Origin: an uncultured Candidatus Saccharibacteria bacterium
GTDB taxonomy: Bacteria > Patescibacteriota > Doudnabacteria > UBA920
Direction: 5' to 3'
Assembly: GCA_964521955.1 (NCBI GenBank)
Contig: CAZFTX010000005.1
Coordinates: 804 to 64,803 of the forward strand
DNA: 64,000 nt
Part shown: in pieces, positions 1 to 10,220 of the stretch
How positions within the stretch are numbered: position 1 is the stretch's first letter
How the letters are laid out: each line of letters starts with the position of its first letter
Notes under the pieces: model-generated
Database searches by the model: none
Seen by the model: only the letters and a program-made list of their open reading frames with translations
Told to the model about the DNA's origin: nothing
Position numbers and translations under genes: made by a program

Positions 1-1456
1 AAAAATCATCGGGTTTATTTGCTGAAGTCTTGGCAAAGGCGGGCCAGCCTAAAGTTGAAAAAGTCCAAAGGCCAGAGCTAAACCAAGTATCTAGAGTATC
101 AGGATCTTGCTGCCAATCATTGTCTTTAGGAGTGTCTACTCCGACATATGTTTGACCGTTTTTATACCAAACAGGAATTCTGTGACCGTACCAAATTTGC
201 CTTGAAATACACCAGTCTCTAAGATTGTCTACCCAATGGAAATAGATTTTTTCAAAATGTTGAGGAATAATTTTAATCAAACCTTCCTGGACTGTGTGAC
301 GCATGAGTTGTTTTAAAGTCACCATGTCACCAGGATTAATACCGGGAATTTCCGAGTGTTTCATGGCAAATTCGCGGTTTACGTCTATAAACCACTGTTC
401 TTTTATTTGTGGTTCAATTATTCCGCCGCCGCGTGAGTTTGTGGCGATGCGGTGGGTATAGTTTTCATCAATTTTTTCAATTAAACCTTTGCTTTGAAGT
501 TTTTTTATAATTGCCGCCCGAGCTTTTTTAATGTGCTGGCCGGCGAATTCACCAGCAATAGGTAGGAGCACTCCGCGTTCGTCAATAATTTGTTCTTTGT
601 CTAAGCCGTGTCTTTGGGCAATTTCAAAGTCTATAGCATCATGCCATGGAGTAATGGTCATGGCTCCCGTTCCAAATTCCATGTCCACGCTTTCGTCTTT
701 GATAACTGTGGCAGTAATTTTACCGTTGATCCACTCAACTTCGATTTTTTGATTGTGTTCGTATTGTAAAAAGCGTGGATCTTTAGGATGCATAACTACG
801 TATTTGTCGCCGAACTTAGTTTCAGGGCGAGCCGTGGCAATGGTGAAAGGTCCATACTTTAAATAGTAGAAGGCAGATTTTTCTTCTTTCCATTCAATTT
901 CGTCGTCTGAAACTGTGGTTTTAAGTTTGGGATCCCAATTTACAATTCTAGCTCCGCGGTAAATTATTTTGTCTTCGTACATATGTTGAAAAGCCAAACG
1001 AACTGCCAGGGTTCTTTTTTCGTCCAAAGTATAAGCCTCTCTGCTCCAGTCGGCAGAAGCACCTAAGCGTTTGAGTTGGGTAAGTATTGTGTCATGACTT
1101 TTTTGGGCGAAATCTTCAACCATTTTCAAAAATTCTTCTCGAGAAAAGTCAAAGCGTGTTTTATTTTCTTTTTTGTAAAGTTCTGCTTCTACTTTTGACT
1201 GAGTGGCTATGGCAGCATGGTCAGTACCCGGTAGCCATAAGGCTTTTCGGCCTTGCATTCTGCGCCAACGAATTAAAATATCTTGAATGGTTGTACCTAA
1301 TGCATGGCCAATGTGAAGAGTGCCTGTAACATTTGGCGGCGGCATAATTATTGTGTAGGGCTCGCCATTTAGCTTGTCAGGATTAAAGTAACCTGAATTT
1401 TCCCAGGTTTTGTAAATTTCACTTTCTACTTTTGTGTGATCGTAGGCTTTTTCCAT
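1..1456 (-). CDS. valS: Valine--tRNA ligase, N-terminal part (runs off window start)
   Basis: Own translation from ATG 1456: MEKAYDHTKVESEIYKTWENSGYFNPD..PPPNVTGTLHIGHA (HIGH motif), PGTDHAAIATQ, DWCISRQIWYGHRIPVW, QDPDTLDTWFSS. Confidence 0.95.
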   Translation of the reverse strand, partial: MEKAYDHTKVESEIYKTWENSGYFNPDKLNGEPYTIIMPPPNVTGTLHIGHALGTTIQDILIRWRRMQGRKALWLPGTDHAAIATQSKVEAELYKKENKTRFDFSREEFLKMVEDFAQKSHDTILTQLKRLGASADWSREAYTLDEKRTLAVRLAFQHMYEDKIIYRGARIVNWDPKLKTTVSDDEIEWKEEKSAFYYLKYGPFTIATARPETKFGDKYVVMHPKDPRFLQYEHNQKIEVEWINGKITATVIKDESVDMEFGTGAMTITPWHDAIDFEIAQRHGLDKEQIIDERGVLLPIAGEFAGQHIKKARAAIIKKLQSKGLIEKIDENYTHRIATNSRGGGIIEPQIKEQWFIDVNREFAMKHSEIPGINPGDMVTLKQLMRHTVQEGLIKIIPQHFEKIYFHWVDNLRDWCISRQIWYGHRIPVWYKNGQTYVGVDTPKDNDWQQDPDTLDTWFSSGLWTFSTLGWPAFAKTSANKPDDF

Positions 1457-1510
1457 ATCGCTAATCTTCTTGCGGATCGCTACGCAAATATTCGCGCTGA
1501 TCTGCAATTT

Positions 1511-1700
1511 AAAAATAAAAAGAACACAAAATGTGTTCTCACAATTCCCCCTAAAGGGGAAGGTACCATCGTGAAAGTTGCTTAGTTCACTGCTTTAACG
1601 GGCAGTCTCCGGCTAGGTCTACATCGTGAATGTCACGGGTTCTTCTAGCATCTCTACCGTTTGCCAGTTGGCCGAGGTGAGCCGGGTGACGCCCGGCATT
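1511..1700 (-). promoter_or_regulatory. T-box riboswitch-like leader of valS
   Basis: Minus strand: antiterminator CACGA-UGGUACC bulge-UUCCCC/GGGGAA-UUGUG (1540-1573); CCGUUA (1596-1601); candidate Val specifier GUA (1655-1657); hairpin AGAACACA/UGUGUUCU plus U tract (1511-1539). Confidence 0.75.
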
Positions 1701-1751
1701 AGATTTGTAAATATTATAACTTGATAGTGAACAAGTGACAAGTCTGTAGTT

Positions 1752-2813
1752 TTAAAGCTCTAAATTAGAGTCGGCTTTGACTTGTTTAAAGTTTTTTGGT
1801 TTAAAACCGTTGTGGAGCATAAAGCTGGCAGCTAGGCCAATCATTTCCGCGTTGTCACCACTTAAGCTTAAAGGAGAGGGGAGGAACTTAACTTTTGACA
1901 ATTGACAATTAACTTTTAACATTTCACGCAGTGAGCGGTTTGCGGACACGCCTCCAGATAGACTTACAGACTTGGCTTTGTATTCTTTTACGGCACGCAT
2001 TGTTTTTTGCACTAATACATCCACAACTGCCGCTTGAAAACTGGCACAGACATCAGCTTTTAGTTTGTAGCTTTTAGCTGTTAGGGGATTATCGCGTAAA
2101 TAATATAAGACAGCAGTTTTAAGACCAGAAAAAGAGAAGTTATAGTTTTTGTGAGTTAGCATGGGTCTGGGAAAAGCAATTGCGTTTGGGTTGCCTTGTT
2201 CTGCCAATTTAGAAACCTCCGGACCGCCCGGGTAAGGTAGTTTTAAAAGTTTGGCTACCTTGTCAAAAGCTTCGCCTGCGGCATCGTCTACTGTTTGTCC
2301 TATTACTTTATATTTTTTTTTATTTTCCATTACAACAATCATAGTATGTCCACCGGAAACTATTAGAGCAATATTTGGAAAAACCTTTTCGCTAATCGGC
2401 TGATCAGCTGATTGGCTGAAAGCAGAGTAAAGGTGTCCGGCCATGTGGTTAACGGGAATGAGTGGTTTGTTTAAAGCCAAAGCAAGCCCTTTGGCAAACT
2501 CCACTCCGACTAAAAGTGAAGGCATGAGTCCCGGGCCGGCAGTGACAGCAATATAGCTTATAGCTTCTAGCTTATAGCTTGAATCTTTGAGGGCTTTTTC
2601 TACGACCGGACGAATGTTTTTTATGTGAGCCCTGGCAGCGGTTTCAGGCACTACGCCACCCATTTTGGAATGTAAAGCAATTTGAGATTTAACCACTGAA
2701 GACAGAGTAGTTATTTGTGGCCATTTTTCCCGGCTAAGATTAACGCTTAAAACCGCAGCCGCGGTTTCATCACACGAGGTTTCAATAGCTAGGATGTTAA
2801 TGCCTTTGTTCAT
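1752..2813 (-). CDS. tsaD: tRNA N6-threonylcarbamoyltransferase TsaD
   Basis: ILAIETSCDETAAA, GGVVPE, HMAGH, DDAAGEAFDK, YPGGP, FSFSGLKT, DNAEMIG. Confidence 0.96.
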   Translation of the reverse strand: MNKGINILAIETSCDETAAAVLSVNLSREKWPQITTLSSVVKSQIALHSKMGGVVPETAARAHIKNIRPVVEKALKDSSYKLEAISYIAVTAGPGLMPSLLVGVEFAKGLALALNKPLIPVNHMAGHLYSAFSQSADQPISEKVFPNIALIVSGGHTMIVVMENKKKYKVIGQTVDDAAGEAFDKVAKLLKLPYPGGPEVSKLAEQGNPNAIAFPRPMLTHKNYNFSFSGLKTAVLYYLRDNPLTAKSYKLKADVCASFQAAVVDVLVQKTMRAVKEYKAKSVSLSGGVSANRSLREMLKVNCQLSKVKFLPSPLSLSGDNAEMIGLAASFMLHNGFKPKNFKQVKADSNLEL

Positions 2814-2868
2814 TTAACCACTATAGCAAATACTGCTTGTTGCTGAAAGTATGTGTTATAATTTGAAA

Positions 2869-3783
2869 ATGCAAACAGAACTTTTAATTCTTTTTGGGAT
2901 AGTTGTGGTGGGGTTTTTAATAGCAGATTTAGGGTTTTTTAATCGTAAGGCTCATAAGATTGGGTTTAAGTCAGCTTTTTTGCAATCCGCTTTTTGGGTT
3001 GCTGTCTCTTTGGTTTTTGGCGGACTTGTTTATTTTTACATGGGCAAAGTTCCTGCTACGGAGTTTTTAAGCGCATACATTACGGAAAAAATGCTCTCAG
3101 TAGATAATTTGTTTGTTATTTTACTTTTGTTTAGTTTTTTTAAGTTGGATGAAAAATATCATCATAGGGTACTTTTTTGGGGAATTTTGGGGGCGATAGT
3201 TTTTAGGGCTTTGTTTATTGTTGCGGGAGGGTTAATTATTGGTCAGTTTCACTGGGTGCTGTATATTTTTGGTGCGGTATTAGTTTATACTGGGATTCGC
3301 TTGTTTACTGACAAAAAAGAAGAGCATATAAATTTTCATGACAACAGAGTATTTAAGTTGGCTGCCAAGTATTTACCTTTTACCACCAAAGAGCATAATG
3401 GCCATTTTTGGCTAAAGGAAAATGGCAAGCTGTATTTTACAATTTTGTTCATGATATTAATTTTGGTGGAAACTACCGATATTGTTTTCGCAGTAGATTC
3501 CATACCTGCAGCATTTGCTATTTCTCAAAATCCTTATATAGTGTTTACTTCAAATATTTTTGCTGTGATGGGTTTAAGAGCGCTTTTCTTTTTAATTGAA
3601 AATGTTTTGCATAGGTTTCACCATTTACAAAAAGGGCTTTCATTTATACTTTTGTTTATTGGGGCAAAAATGCTTTTGGGAATTTTTGGCGTTCATGTTG
3701 AATCTTTTTGGAGTTTTGCAATAATAATGTTGGCTTTGGTTTTATCTTTAATTTTATCAGTAATATTTCCTAAGAAAATATAA
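2869..3783 (+). CDS. TerC/Alx family metal homeostasis membrane protein
   Basis: EKMLSVDNLFV, RVLFWGILGAIVFR, DIVFAVDSIPA, VFTSNIFAVMGLRALFF; start at second ATG because TATAAT lies at 2857-2862. Confidence 0.92.
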   Translation: MQTELLILFGIVVVGFLIADLGFFNRKAHKIGFKSAFLQSAFWVAVSLVFGGLVYFYMGKVPATEFLSAYITEKMLSVDNLFVILLLFSFFKLDEKYHHRVLFWGILGAIVFRALFIVAGGLIIGQFHWVLYIFGAVLVYTGIRLFTDKKEEHINFHDNRVFKLAAKYLPFTTKEHNGHFWLKENGKLYFTILFMILILVETTDIVFAVDSIPAAFAISQNPYIVFTSNIFAVMGLRALFFLIENVLHRFHHLQKGLSFILLFIGAKMLLGIFGVHVESFWSFAIIMLALVLSLILSVIFPKKI

Positions 3784-3784
3784 A

Positions 3785-4741
3785 ATGACTTACGTATTAT
3801 TTATAATTGGATTTGTTTTTCTAATTAAAGGCGCAGGTTTTTTAGTCGACGGAGCTTCTTCTTTGGCAAAAAAACTTCGGGTGTCAAATCTGGTAATTGG
3901 CTTAACTATTGTGGCTTTTGGTACTAGCGCACCGGAATTGTTTGTAAACTTGTATGCTTCTTTTAAAGGCGCAACAGATATTGCTATTGGTAACATAGTA
4001 GGAAGTAATATTGTAAATATTTTGTTTATTCTTGGAATTTCTGCAATTATTTTCCCTTTAAAAGTTAGTTCCAGTACTGTATGGAAGGAAATTCCTTTAA
4101 GTTTGCTGGCTGCGGTATTGGTTTTGGTTATGGCTAACGACAAACTGGTGGACGGATTAGGCTTTAACTCTTTGACAAGAAGTGACGGATTAGCATTAAT
4201 TGCATTTTTTATTATTTTTCTTTATTACACTTTTGGCATAGCCAAGATTGAAAATGGTGAACAGGAAACAGACACAGTGAAACTGTATTCAACTTGGAAG
4301 TCTGTGGGTTTGATAGTTTTGGGTTTAGCCGGGTTAGTGTTAGGCGGGCAGTGGATTGTATCTGGAGCTGTGGAAATTGCAAATTATTTCGGTATGAGTG
4401 ACGCACTTATTGGGCTTACTATAGTGGCTGTTGGTACTTCTTTGCCGGAGTTGGCAACTTCTGCGGTTGCCGCGTATAAGAAAAATTCTGATATAGCGGT
4501 AGGGAATATAGTGGGTTCAAATATATTTAATATTTTTTGGATATTGGGTGTAAGCGGGATTATTGCCCCTTTGGCTTTTAAGCCGGAATTGAATTTTGAT
4601 TTATTGGTTTTAGTAGGAACCAGTGTTTTACTTTTCGTTTGGATGTTTTTGGGTAAAAAACATACATTAGAAAAGTGGCAGGGTGCAGTTTTTGTTTTAC
4701 TTTATATTGCTTATATAGCGGCTATTGTTTCCAGAGGGTAG
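3785..4741 (+). CDS. Calcium/sodium antiporter (YrbG/CaCA family)
   Basis: Two alpha repeats GTSAPE..GNIVGSN and GTSLPE..GNIVGSNIFN. Confidence 0.93.
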   Translation: MTYVLFIIGFVFLIKGAGFLVDGASSLAKKLRVSNLVIGLTIVAFGTSAPELFVNLYASFKGATDIAIGNIVGSNIVNILFILGISAIIFPLKVSSSTVWKEIPLSLLAAVLVLVMANDKLVDGLGFNSLTRSDGLALIAFFIIFLYYTFGIAKIENGEQETDTVKLYSTWKSVGLIVLGLAGLVLGGQWIVSGAVEIANYFGMSDALIGLTIVAVGTSLPELATSAVAAYKKNSDIAVGNIVGSNIFNIFWILGVSGIIAPLAFKPELNFDLLVLVGTSVLLFVWMFLGKKHTLEKWQGAVFVLLYIAYIAAIVSRG

Positions 4742-4763
4742 GGTTAAAATTAAAAATTATAAA

Positions 4764-4797
4764 TAAAAAATATCCCAAATATTTGGGATATTTTTTA
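4764..4797. terminator. Bidirectional intrinsic terminator
   Basis: AAAAAATATCCCAAA-TA-TTTGGGATATTTTTT between convergent genes. Confidence 0.75.
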
Positions 4798-4827
4798 TAG
4801 GACCTTAAGTTTATTGAATAAGCAAAT

Positions 4828-5529
4828 TTATTTAACCAAAACCCCAACAACCAACCCAACTATTAGCGCAATGCCGCCTACTACTAACATTTTTACACCG
4901 GACTTTATTATCGGTTGTTTAGTAAATTTAGTGGCAAACGCTCCAATACCAAATAGGCCAATTAATGTAAGAACAATAGAAGTTGGGATAGCGTTATTAA
5001 TTGGTAAAAATAAATAAGAAACTAGAGGTAATAAACCTCCTACAATATAGGAGCCAAACATATACAGGCCGCCTTTTATAGATACTGAATTATTTGAGGG
5101 GAAAATTTTAAGTTCCCTTAAAGCCATTTCTTTAAGCATGAGATTTGGATTTTGGGAAACCGTCTCTGACATTTCTTGCGCCAGTTTTGTTGGCCAGCCG
5201 TCTTCAACATACATTTGTCTTAACTCCTCTTTTTCTTCCAAAGGATAGTTGCTAATTTCGCTTTTTTCTTCAGCTAATTTTCTGTCCAGAACTTCTTCCT
5301 CAGATCGATTGGAAAGGTAAGAGCCAATACCCATGGAAATGGACTCAACGGCGATAATTACCAGCCCGGCTAAAACGACGGTAGAATGGTTGCCACTACC
5401 TACGGCGATTCCTGTTACAGAACCTAAAGTTGAAACCATGCCATCTTCCATACCAAAAACCACTTCTCGTATTACTCCTTCAAGTGAGGAAGTTGTGTGT
5501 TGAATTTTGTATCCTTTTTGTTGTTCCAT
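4828..5529 (-). CDS. VIT1/CCC1 family Fe/Mn transporter
   Basis: IREVVFGMEDGMVS, AVESISMGIGSYLS, GGLLPL. Confidence 0.92.
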   Translation of the reverse strand: MEQQKGYKIQHTTSSLEGVIREVVFGMEDGMVSTLGSVTGIAVGSGNHSTVVLAGLVIIAVESISMGIGSYLSNRSEEEVLDRKLAEEKSEISNYPLEEKEELRQMYVEDGWPTKLAQEMSETVSQNPNLMLKEMALRELKIFPSNNSVSIKGGLYMFGSYIVGGLLPLVSYLFLPINNAIPTSIVLTLIGLFGIGAFATKFTKQPIIKSGVKMLVVGGIALIVGLVVGVLVK

Positions 5530-5651
5530 AAAAATAATTATATACCTAATACGTAAAAATTCCTATTTTTTAAATATCATAAAATTACCTTTTTGCTAAT
5601 TGTATCAAGGTTAAAAGAAGTCTGTGAAAATTAATTGCCCAAAACCGCTGG

Positions 5652-6164
5652 TTACGGTTTTGGGCTTTTGCTTGGTGTTGACGGCAACAATTCCACAACT
5701 GGACCGTTCGCCTCAATTCTGTTGCAAAGGTCGTCGAGTTTGCTTGCCGTGTGGACAGTTGCTGGTCGGAGCATGGGTCCGAGGCTGGACCCGGTGTAGG
5801 AGCGTTCGCAGGGTTGGGGGACTCCATTCATGGCACACTCCACTTGCCAGAGGGTTCTGCGAAGCTCCTCGCTGAGCGGTTGTTTAGGTGTAGAGGCTGG
5901 TTCAGTGGGTGAAACTAGAACTTTAAGCCATTCTGACGCTTCTTCGGCGTTTGGGACTGACTGCACAGAGCTTTTCTTAAATATGCTTCTTAGTTTGCGG
6001 CACAAACCGTTGTGTTTGGAATGAACCAACACGAACGGCGCCGCCTCTAGTGCTGTAACTGTGTTAGCAGAAACACTGAGTATTTCCGGGTGCCCTAGGT
6101 AAGCTCTCAGGGATTTGCACTGGAAGCTAAAACCAACAACAATTACGGTAGGTCCTTGGTTCAT
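5652..6164 (-). CDS. Hypothetical protein (GC-richer orphan)
   Basis: ORF of about 170 aa, AAGAGGA before ATG; no recognisable motif. Confidence 0.45.
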   Translation of the reverse strand: MNQGPTVIVVGFSFQCKSLRAYLGHPEILSVSANTVTALEAAPFVLVHSKHNGLCRKLRSIFKKSSVQSVPNAEEASEWLKVLVSPTEPASTPKQPLSEELRRTLWQVECAMNGVPQPCERSYTGSSLGPMLRPATVHTASKLDDLCNRIEANGPVVELLPSTPSKSPKP

Positions 6165-6444
6165 GAATCCTCTTTTCAAAAAGGATTATAGCATATACAA
6201 AATAACTTTACTTAGGGTTTAGGAACAGGCTTATTTTTTGGCGTTGGTAGGGAAAAAGGGTTGATTTTTCTGCTGTATTATGTTAGAATTTACAAAGTTT
6301 TGAGTTATAAAAAAGACTCCCAAAAATTAGGAGCGTAGTCCCAGGCTAAGTTGGAACGAGCACGGATTTTTGGGAAAAAGGAATACTTTATGCAGACTAA
6401 AAAGAATGGCTTTAATTCTTGAAAGTTGAAATGAAGTATGACGC

Positions 6445-6519
6445 GGCGCTATCGTCTAATGGTTAGGACAAGTGGTTTTCATCCACTAAATCGGGGTTCG
6501 ATTCCCCGTAGCGCTACCA
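6445..6519 (+). tRNA. tRNA-Glu(UUC)
   Basis: Acceptor GGCGCTA/TAGCGCT, anticodon arm AGTGG-TTTTCAT-CCACT, GGTTCGATTCC T arm, encoded CCA. Confidence 0.96.
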
Positions 6520-6662
6520 ACAAAAGTTCCCGACCTTACGTCGGGACTTTTTGTTGGTATGCCGTGAGGTGGAATTCCCCGCCGAAGCGAAGCGTAGGTC
6601 CCGACTTTACGTCGGGGTAGCGCTACCAACAAAAGTTCCCGACCTTGTGTCGGGACTTTTTG
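6508..6662 (+). repeat. Direct duplication of tRNA-Glu 3' end plus terminator (109-bp period)
   Basis: GTAGCGCTACCAACAAAAGTTCCCGACCTT..GTCGGGACTTTTTG starts at 6508 and again at 6617. Confidence 0.9.
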
Positions 6663-6755
6663 TATGATTATAATAAAGGTACCTGACACCTTTTCTTTTC
6701 CATTATTATAATAGCGGTCAATTTATTAAAGTGAACATTTAACAACTACGGTTTA

Positions 6756-6980
6756 CTACTCTTGAGAGTTGCCTTGCAGTTCAAACAGCTTGTCGTAATA
6801 GGCCTTGTAATAGGCGCTGTAGTAGGCTCGGTAGTATTCGCTACCATAGCCGCCAACCTCGTTTGCCGCCGCCTCTGCCTGTGCTTCTGCATAAGCGGTA
6901 GCTTGTTGCTCCAACTCCTGTTGGTCTCTGCTCACTTGCTTCCTCCTGTCAGGATTCACCTGAACAAGAAATACTACCAT
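6756..6980 (-). CDS. Small Tyr/Ala/Gln-rich hypothetical protein
   Basis: 74-aa ORF with GGAGTGG upstream; YYRAYYSAYYKAYY repeat. Confidence 0.55.
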   Translation of the reverse strand: MVVFLVQVNPDRRKQVSRDQQELEQQATAYAEAQAEAAANEVGGYGSEYYRAYYSAYYKAYYDKLFELQGNSQE

Positions 6981-7190
6981 AAAAACCCACTCCGGTCAAT
7001 ACTCGGCTGGTTAACCAAAGGTAAAATTGGAAAACTAATCCGGCTGTAATAAAAGAGTTTTCCAAAAGCCACTTGCTCAAGCAAAGGGAACTGGAAAACT
7101 TTTTTGTTTTATTTAATTGAAGTTTTAGGTATAATTATGCCATATCCATAGGAACACCCTATAACTAATCAAAATTCAGTAATAAAATCC

Positions 7191-8291
7191 ATGAAACCAG
7201 AACAACCACATGATTCCTCGGAGGTGTCTCCGGAATTAGAAGCCGCTATAACTCAAGATATTAATCTTTATATAGAACAAATTAGTCACCATGGTAGCGG
7301 TAGGCCGAATTTTAAATTCGTTAAACGTGGTGACAAAAGAGTGGTGGACTACTGGATTGAAAGAATTTCACAAAGGATCGAAAATTATAATTTTTCAACC
7401 ACATCTCTGATTTTTGATTACTTAAGCGATTTAAGTGACGACCAGCAGAGAGCAGGTGGTTACAATGGATTAATGGGTCCAGAGGGTGATGTACAGGAAT
7501 TAAGATTTAAGCTTTTACAAAAATTACAATCATTTAAAAGTCCTTCTCTGCAGGCTACCGATGAAGAGGGTGCCGTTGACCCGCAAGCTTATATTTCAAA
7601 ATTTGAGAGACTTTTTACCAGAGGGGTGGGAATGGCCAAAAGCGAGGTATTTCGCAAATCGAACCGGGACAATGGATACACCGAACCATCACGCAACCCT
7701 TATTTGAGCCTTTCACCGGACACAAGACATGAACTAATGCAAAAATTCATAGAGAAAACTTTAAAAGAGATTGAGAGCATAAGACAGGGGCAGACTTCAG
7801 AGTCACAAGCGGTAAATTGGCTGCAGGAAATTGCAAATGCTGAACCTGACATAGAATGGGCCACTTATATTCCAGAAAAATCTTACGGAGTGGTGATATC
7901 CCTACCTCACGAATGTACTATTTCGGGAACGTTGAATATCCAAGACGACGGCAGCAGAACGATGAAGATTGACATATTTCAGGTAAATGAAAAATTAAGG
8001 AGCAAAGGCGCGGGAACAGGAAGTGGTATTGGCACACGTTTATTAGAGGCTTTAGTACGAGAATCAAAAAAATATGAAGTCTCAACACTTTTTGGACATA
8101 TAACCAGTAAGTCAGCACTGGCAACAAGAGCAAAAGTTTGTGGTAAAAAAAATTTGGAGTTTTATAATCATCATACTGGCGAAAAACTAAACAAAGCTTA
8201 CGACGAGATCATGTCAGAAAAAAGTAACACCGAAGAAGAAAATTTAGATTACGATGTGGCCGTAGATTTAACTAAAGTTAAACTGGAATAA
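7191..8291 (+). CDS. Hypothetical protein with C-terminal GNAT-like acetyltransferase domain
   Basis: FQVNEKLRSKG..GSGIGTRLLEAL resembles GNAT motif A. Confidence 0.6.
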   Translation: MKPEQPHDSSEVSPELEAAITQDINLYIEQISHHGSGRPNFKFVKRGDKRVVDYWIERISQRIENYNFSTTSLIFDYLSDLSDDQQRAGGYNGLMGPEGDVQELRFKLLQKLQSFKSPSLQATDEEGAVDPQAYISKFERLFTRGVGMAKSEVFRKSNRDNGYTEPSRNPYLSLSPDTRHELMQKFIEKTLKEIESIRQGQTSESQAVNWLQEIANAEPDIEWATYIPEKSYGVVISLPHECTISGTLNIQDDGSRTMKIDIFQVNEKLRSKGAGTGSGIGTRLLEALVRESKKYEVSTLFGHITSKSALATRAKVCGKKNLEFYNHHTGEKLNKAYDEIMSEKSNTEEENLDYDVAVDLTKVKLE

Positions 8292-8498
8292 ATCTCTCTA
8301 ACCAAAGCCAAATAAGTTTTCCCATATACCATGTAGAGTATATGACACCGCACCCATACATAGCGGGTCTACCATTAGTTTGCAATATCGAGGGATCCTG
8401 ATGGATCTGAGTATAAGATAGCGCCAACTGATTAAATTGCGACCTGCAAGGGTCGTGTTTTTGTTTAATTTACAAAACACCCGACCACCCCCTAAATT

Positions 8499-8891
8499 TC
8501 AAGGGGTAGTCGGGCCAGAAAAGATGCGTCTGGTAACGAAGTAGCTGGCGACCGTCAATACGACGGTTACGATCACTTGCGCGCCGAGGTACCAAATATG
8601 GACATACTCCACCAGAGCATACAACAGTAGCAGGTTTGATACAAACAAGACAGCCGCCATGACCGCATAGCTTACTGCTTGCCAACGGATATCTCTTGCG
8701 TCCTTGTTTTGGAATGTCCAATACTTCTGCAGTACGAAGTTGGAGGCCCAGTTGACTAACGATGCGATTATGGCCGAGGCGATATACCACATCCCGAAAA
8801 GATCGGTAAAGGTATAAAGTATCAGATAGTAAAGGGAGACACCCAGCCCCCCGGCACTCAAAAATCGGATAATGCGCAGAGCTTGAAACAC
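8499..8891 (-). CDS. GtrA family membrane protein
   Basis: RFLSAGGLG, NFVLQKYWTF, four TM segments; AGGAGG before GTG. Confidence 0.88.
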   Translation of the reverse strand: MFQALRIIRFLSAGGLGVSLYYLILYTFTDLFGMWYIASAIIASLVNWASNFVLQKYWTFQNKDARDIRWQAVSYAVMAAVLFVSNLLLLYALVEYVHIWYLGAQVIVTVVLTVASYFVTRRIFSGPTTP

Positions 8892-9224
8892 TTGTTTTCC
8901 TCCTGTCTGCTCGCACTATAATAACAGTAACTAAGCCTTGTTTCAAGCAATTGCACTTGTCCAACTCGCAACTTGATGCGTTAACTGTCCTCTGGAAAGA
9001 TGCCCTAAAATCGCTTGAAAGACCCTCTGGTACCAAGTCCCAGACGCCAGTGCGCTACCACTAACAACCTCATTCCCCCGAATGGGGTTTTTAGTTTGCT
9101 TCTATTGATGCGGATTTAGTTTTCCAAAATTTTGGTCTGATGGTAGTAATTTTCAATTTGCCTTATAATTAAGGTAAATTAGTTTTCATTATCTAGAGAT
9201 TACTCAATTAATAATTCCAAATTT

Positions 9225-9908
9225 ATGAAAGATATTAGTAAAGATTATTTTGACTGTCCTGTCTGTGGGGTAAAGAACGTTATGTATAAAATTGAGAGCG
9301 AAGACTTTGAAGAATACAAGGTAGATAATACCGAAGGAAAGCAAATTGGCGGTATAGTGCCGGAATGGATATTGTATGAAGTAAAGCACTTAATTTTACG
9401 TTGTAAGAGAACTGCTTGCGAAAGGCTGTCTTATTTTAAGGTTATTATAAAACTCACAGTACCAGGAACAGGTTTATTTCCGGACGAACTAATTTTTCAG
9501 TATCCAGCAGATCAAGTTGAGCTGCCAAATTATATACCAAACAATCTAAGAAAATATTTTAAAGAAGCCGTGGAAGCGTTTTCATTTGGCTTGCTGAACT
9601 CAGCTTCCGTGATGTGCCGAAAAGTCGTTTACGAGCTGTGTGATAAAAAAGCTGTTTCTGAGGATGATTACAAACAGAAAATATCTAATTTAGGGCTGGA
9701 TAAAAGAATAACAGACCCACTCCTAAACATAAAAAATATCGGTGACGAAACAGTTCATGCACAAGGATGGGATGCGGTTACAATAGGCAAGGCCATTGAG
9801 GCATTAAGAATTATATTGGACATGATATACATTCAAGAAGAAAGAATTAAAGATTTTACCAAGCATTATTCAAAGGAAAATCAAACAAGAAAACAAAATG
9901 AAACCTAG
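9225..9908 (+). CDS. DUF4145 (HEPN-like) domain protein with N-terminal Cys knuckle
   Basis: CPVC; EAVEAF..ASVMCRKVVYELC; IKNIGDETVH (RxxGNxxxH-like). Confidence 0.75.
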   Translation: MKDISKDYFDCPVCGVKNVMYKIESEDFEEYKVDNTEGKQIGGIVPEWILYEVKHLILRCKRTACERLSYFKVIIKLTVPGTGLFPDELIFQYPADQVELPNYIPNNLRKYFKEAVEAFSFGLLNSASVMCRKVVYELCDKKAVSEDDYKQKISNLGLDKRITDPLLNIKNIGDETVHAQGWDAVTIGKAIEALRIILDMIYIQEERIKDFTKHYSKENQTRKQNET

Positions 9909-9941
9909 TGAGTAAGCTTGTTATAAACTCCCCTTACCAAC

Positions 9942-10033
9942 CTCCTTCGTCAAGACTTCGGACGGTCAAGAAGCCATCCAACTTCGCCTTCGTATAAAGC
10001 TATGGCGGATCTTCGAAAAGTTTCGGTAGGGCA
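9942..10033. repeat. Cluster of short CPR-type palindromic repeats (CCTTCG..AAAGCT/ACTTCGG family)
   Basis: CCTTCGTCAAGACTTCGGACGG, CCTTCGTATAAAGCTATGGCGG, CTTCGAAAAGTTTCGG; related units at 30211-30234 and 34112-34145. Confidence 0.6.
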
Positions 10034-10220
10034 TTGTCGACTTTTACCGGGTCAAGGCCTAGAGCCTTGACATTAGGTGTAATTTAGTGTAAAATACAGG
10101 CGAAAAATATGTAATATATAAATAAAATTTTTATGCGGCATGAAGCCGTTTTCTTTTTGGGGAAATGACTTTTTGCGGCCTAAAGATTTTCGTGGTAAAT
10201 GGCCGACTTAAGGAGGCTGA

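Noticed and set aside
9015-9080. tRNA-Pro-like fragment on the minus strand (TAGTGGTAGCGCACTGGCGTCTGGGAC..CCAGAGGGTC)
   Set aside because: No acceptor stem or T arm and an irregular anticodon loop; at most a remnant
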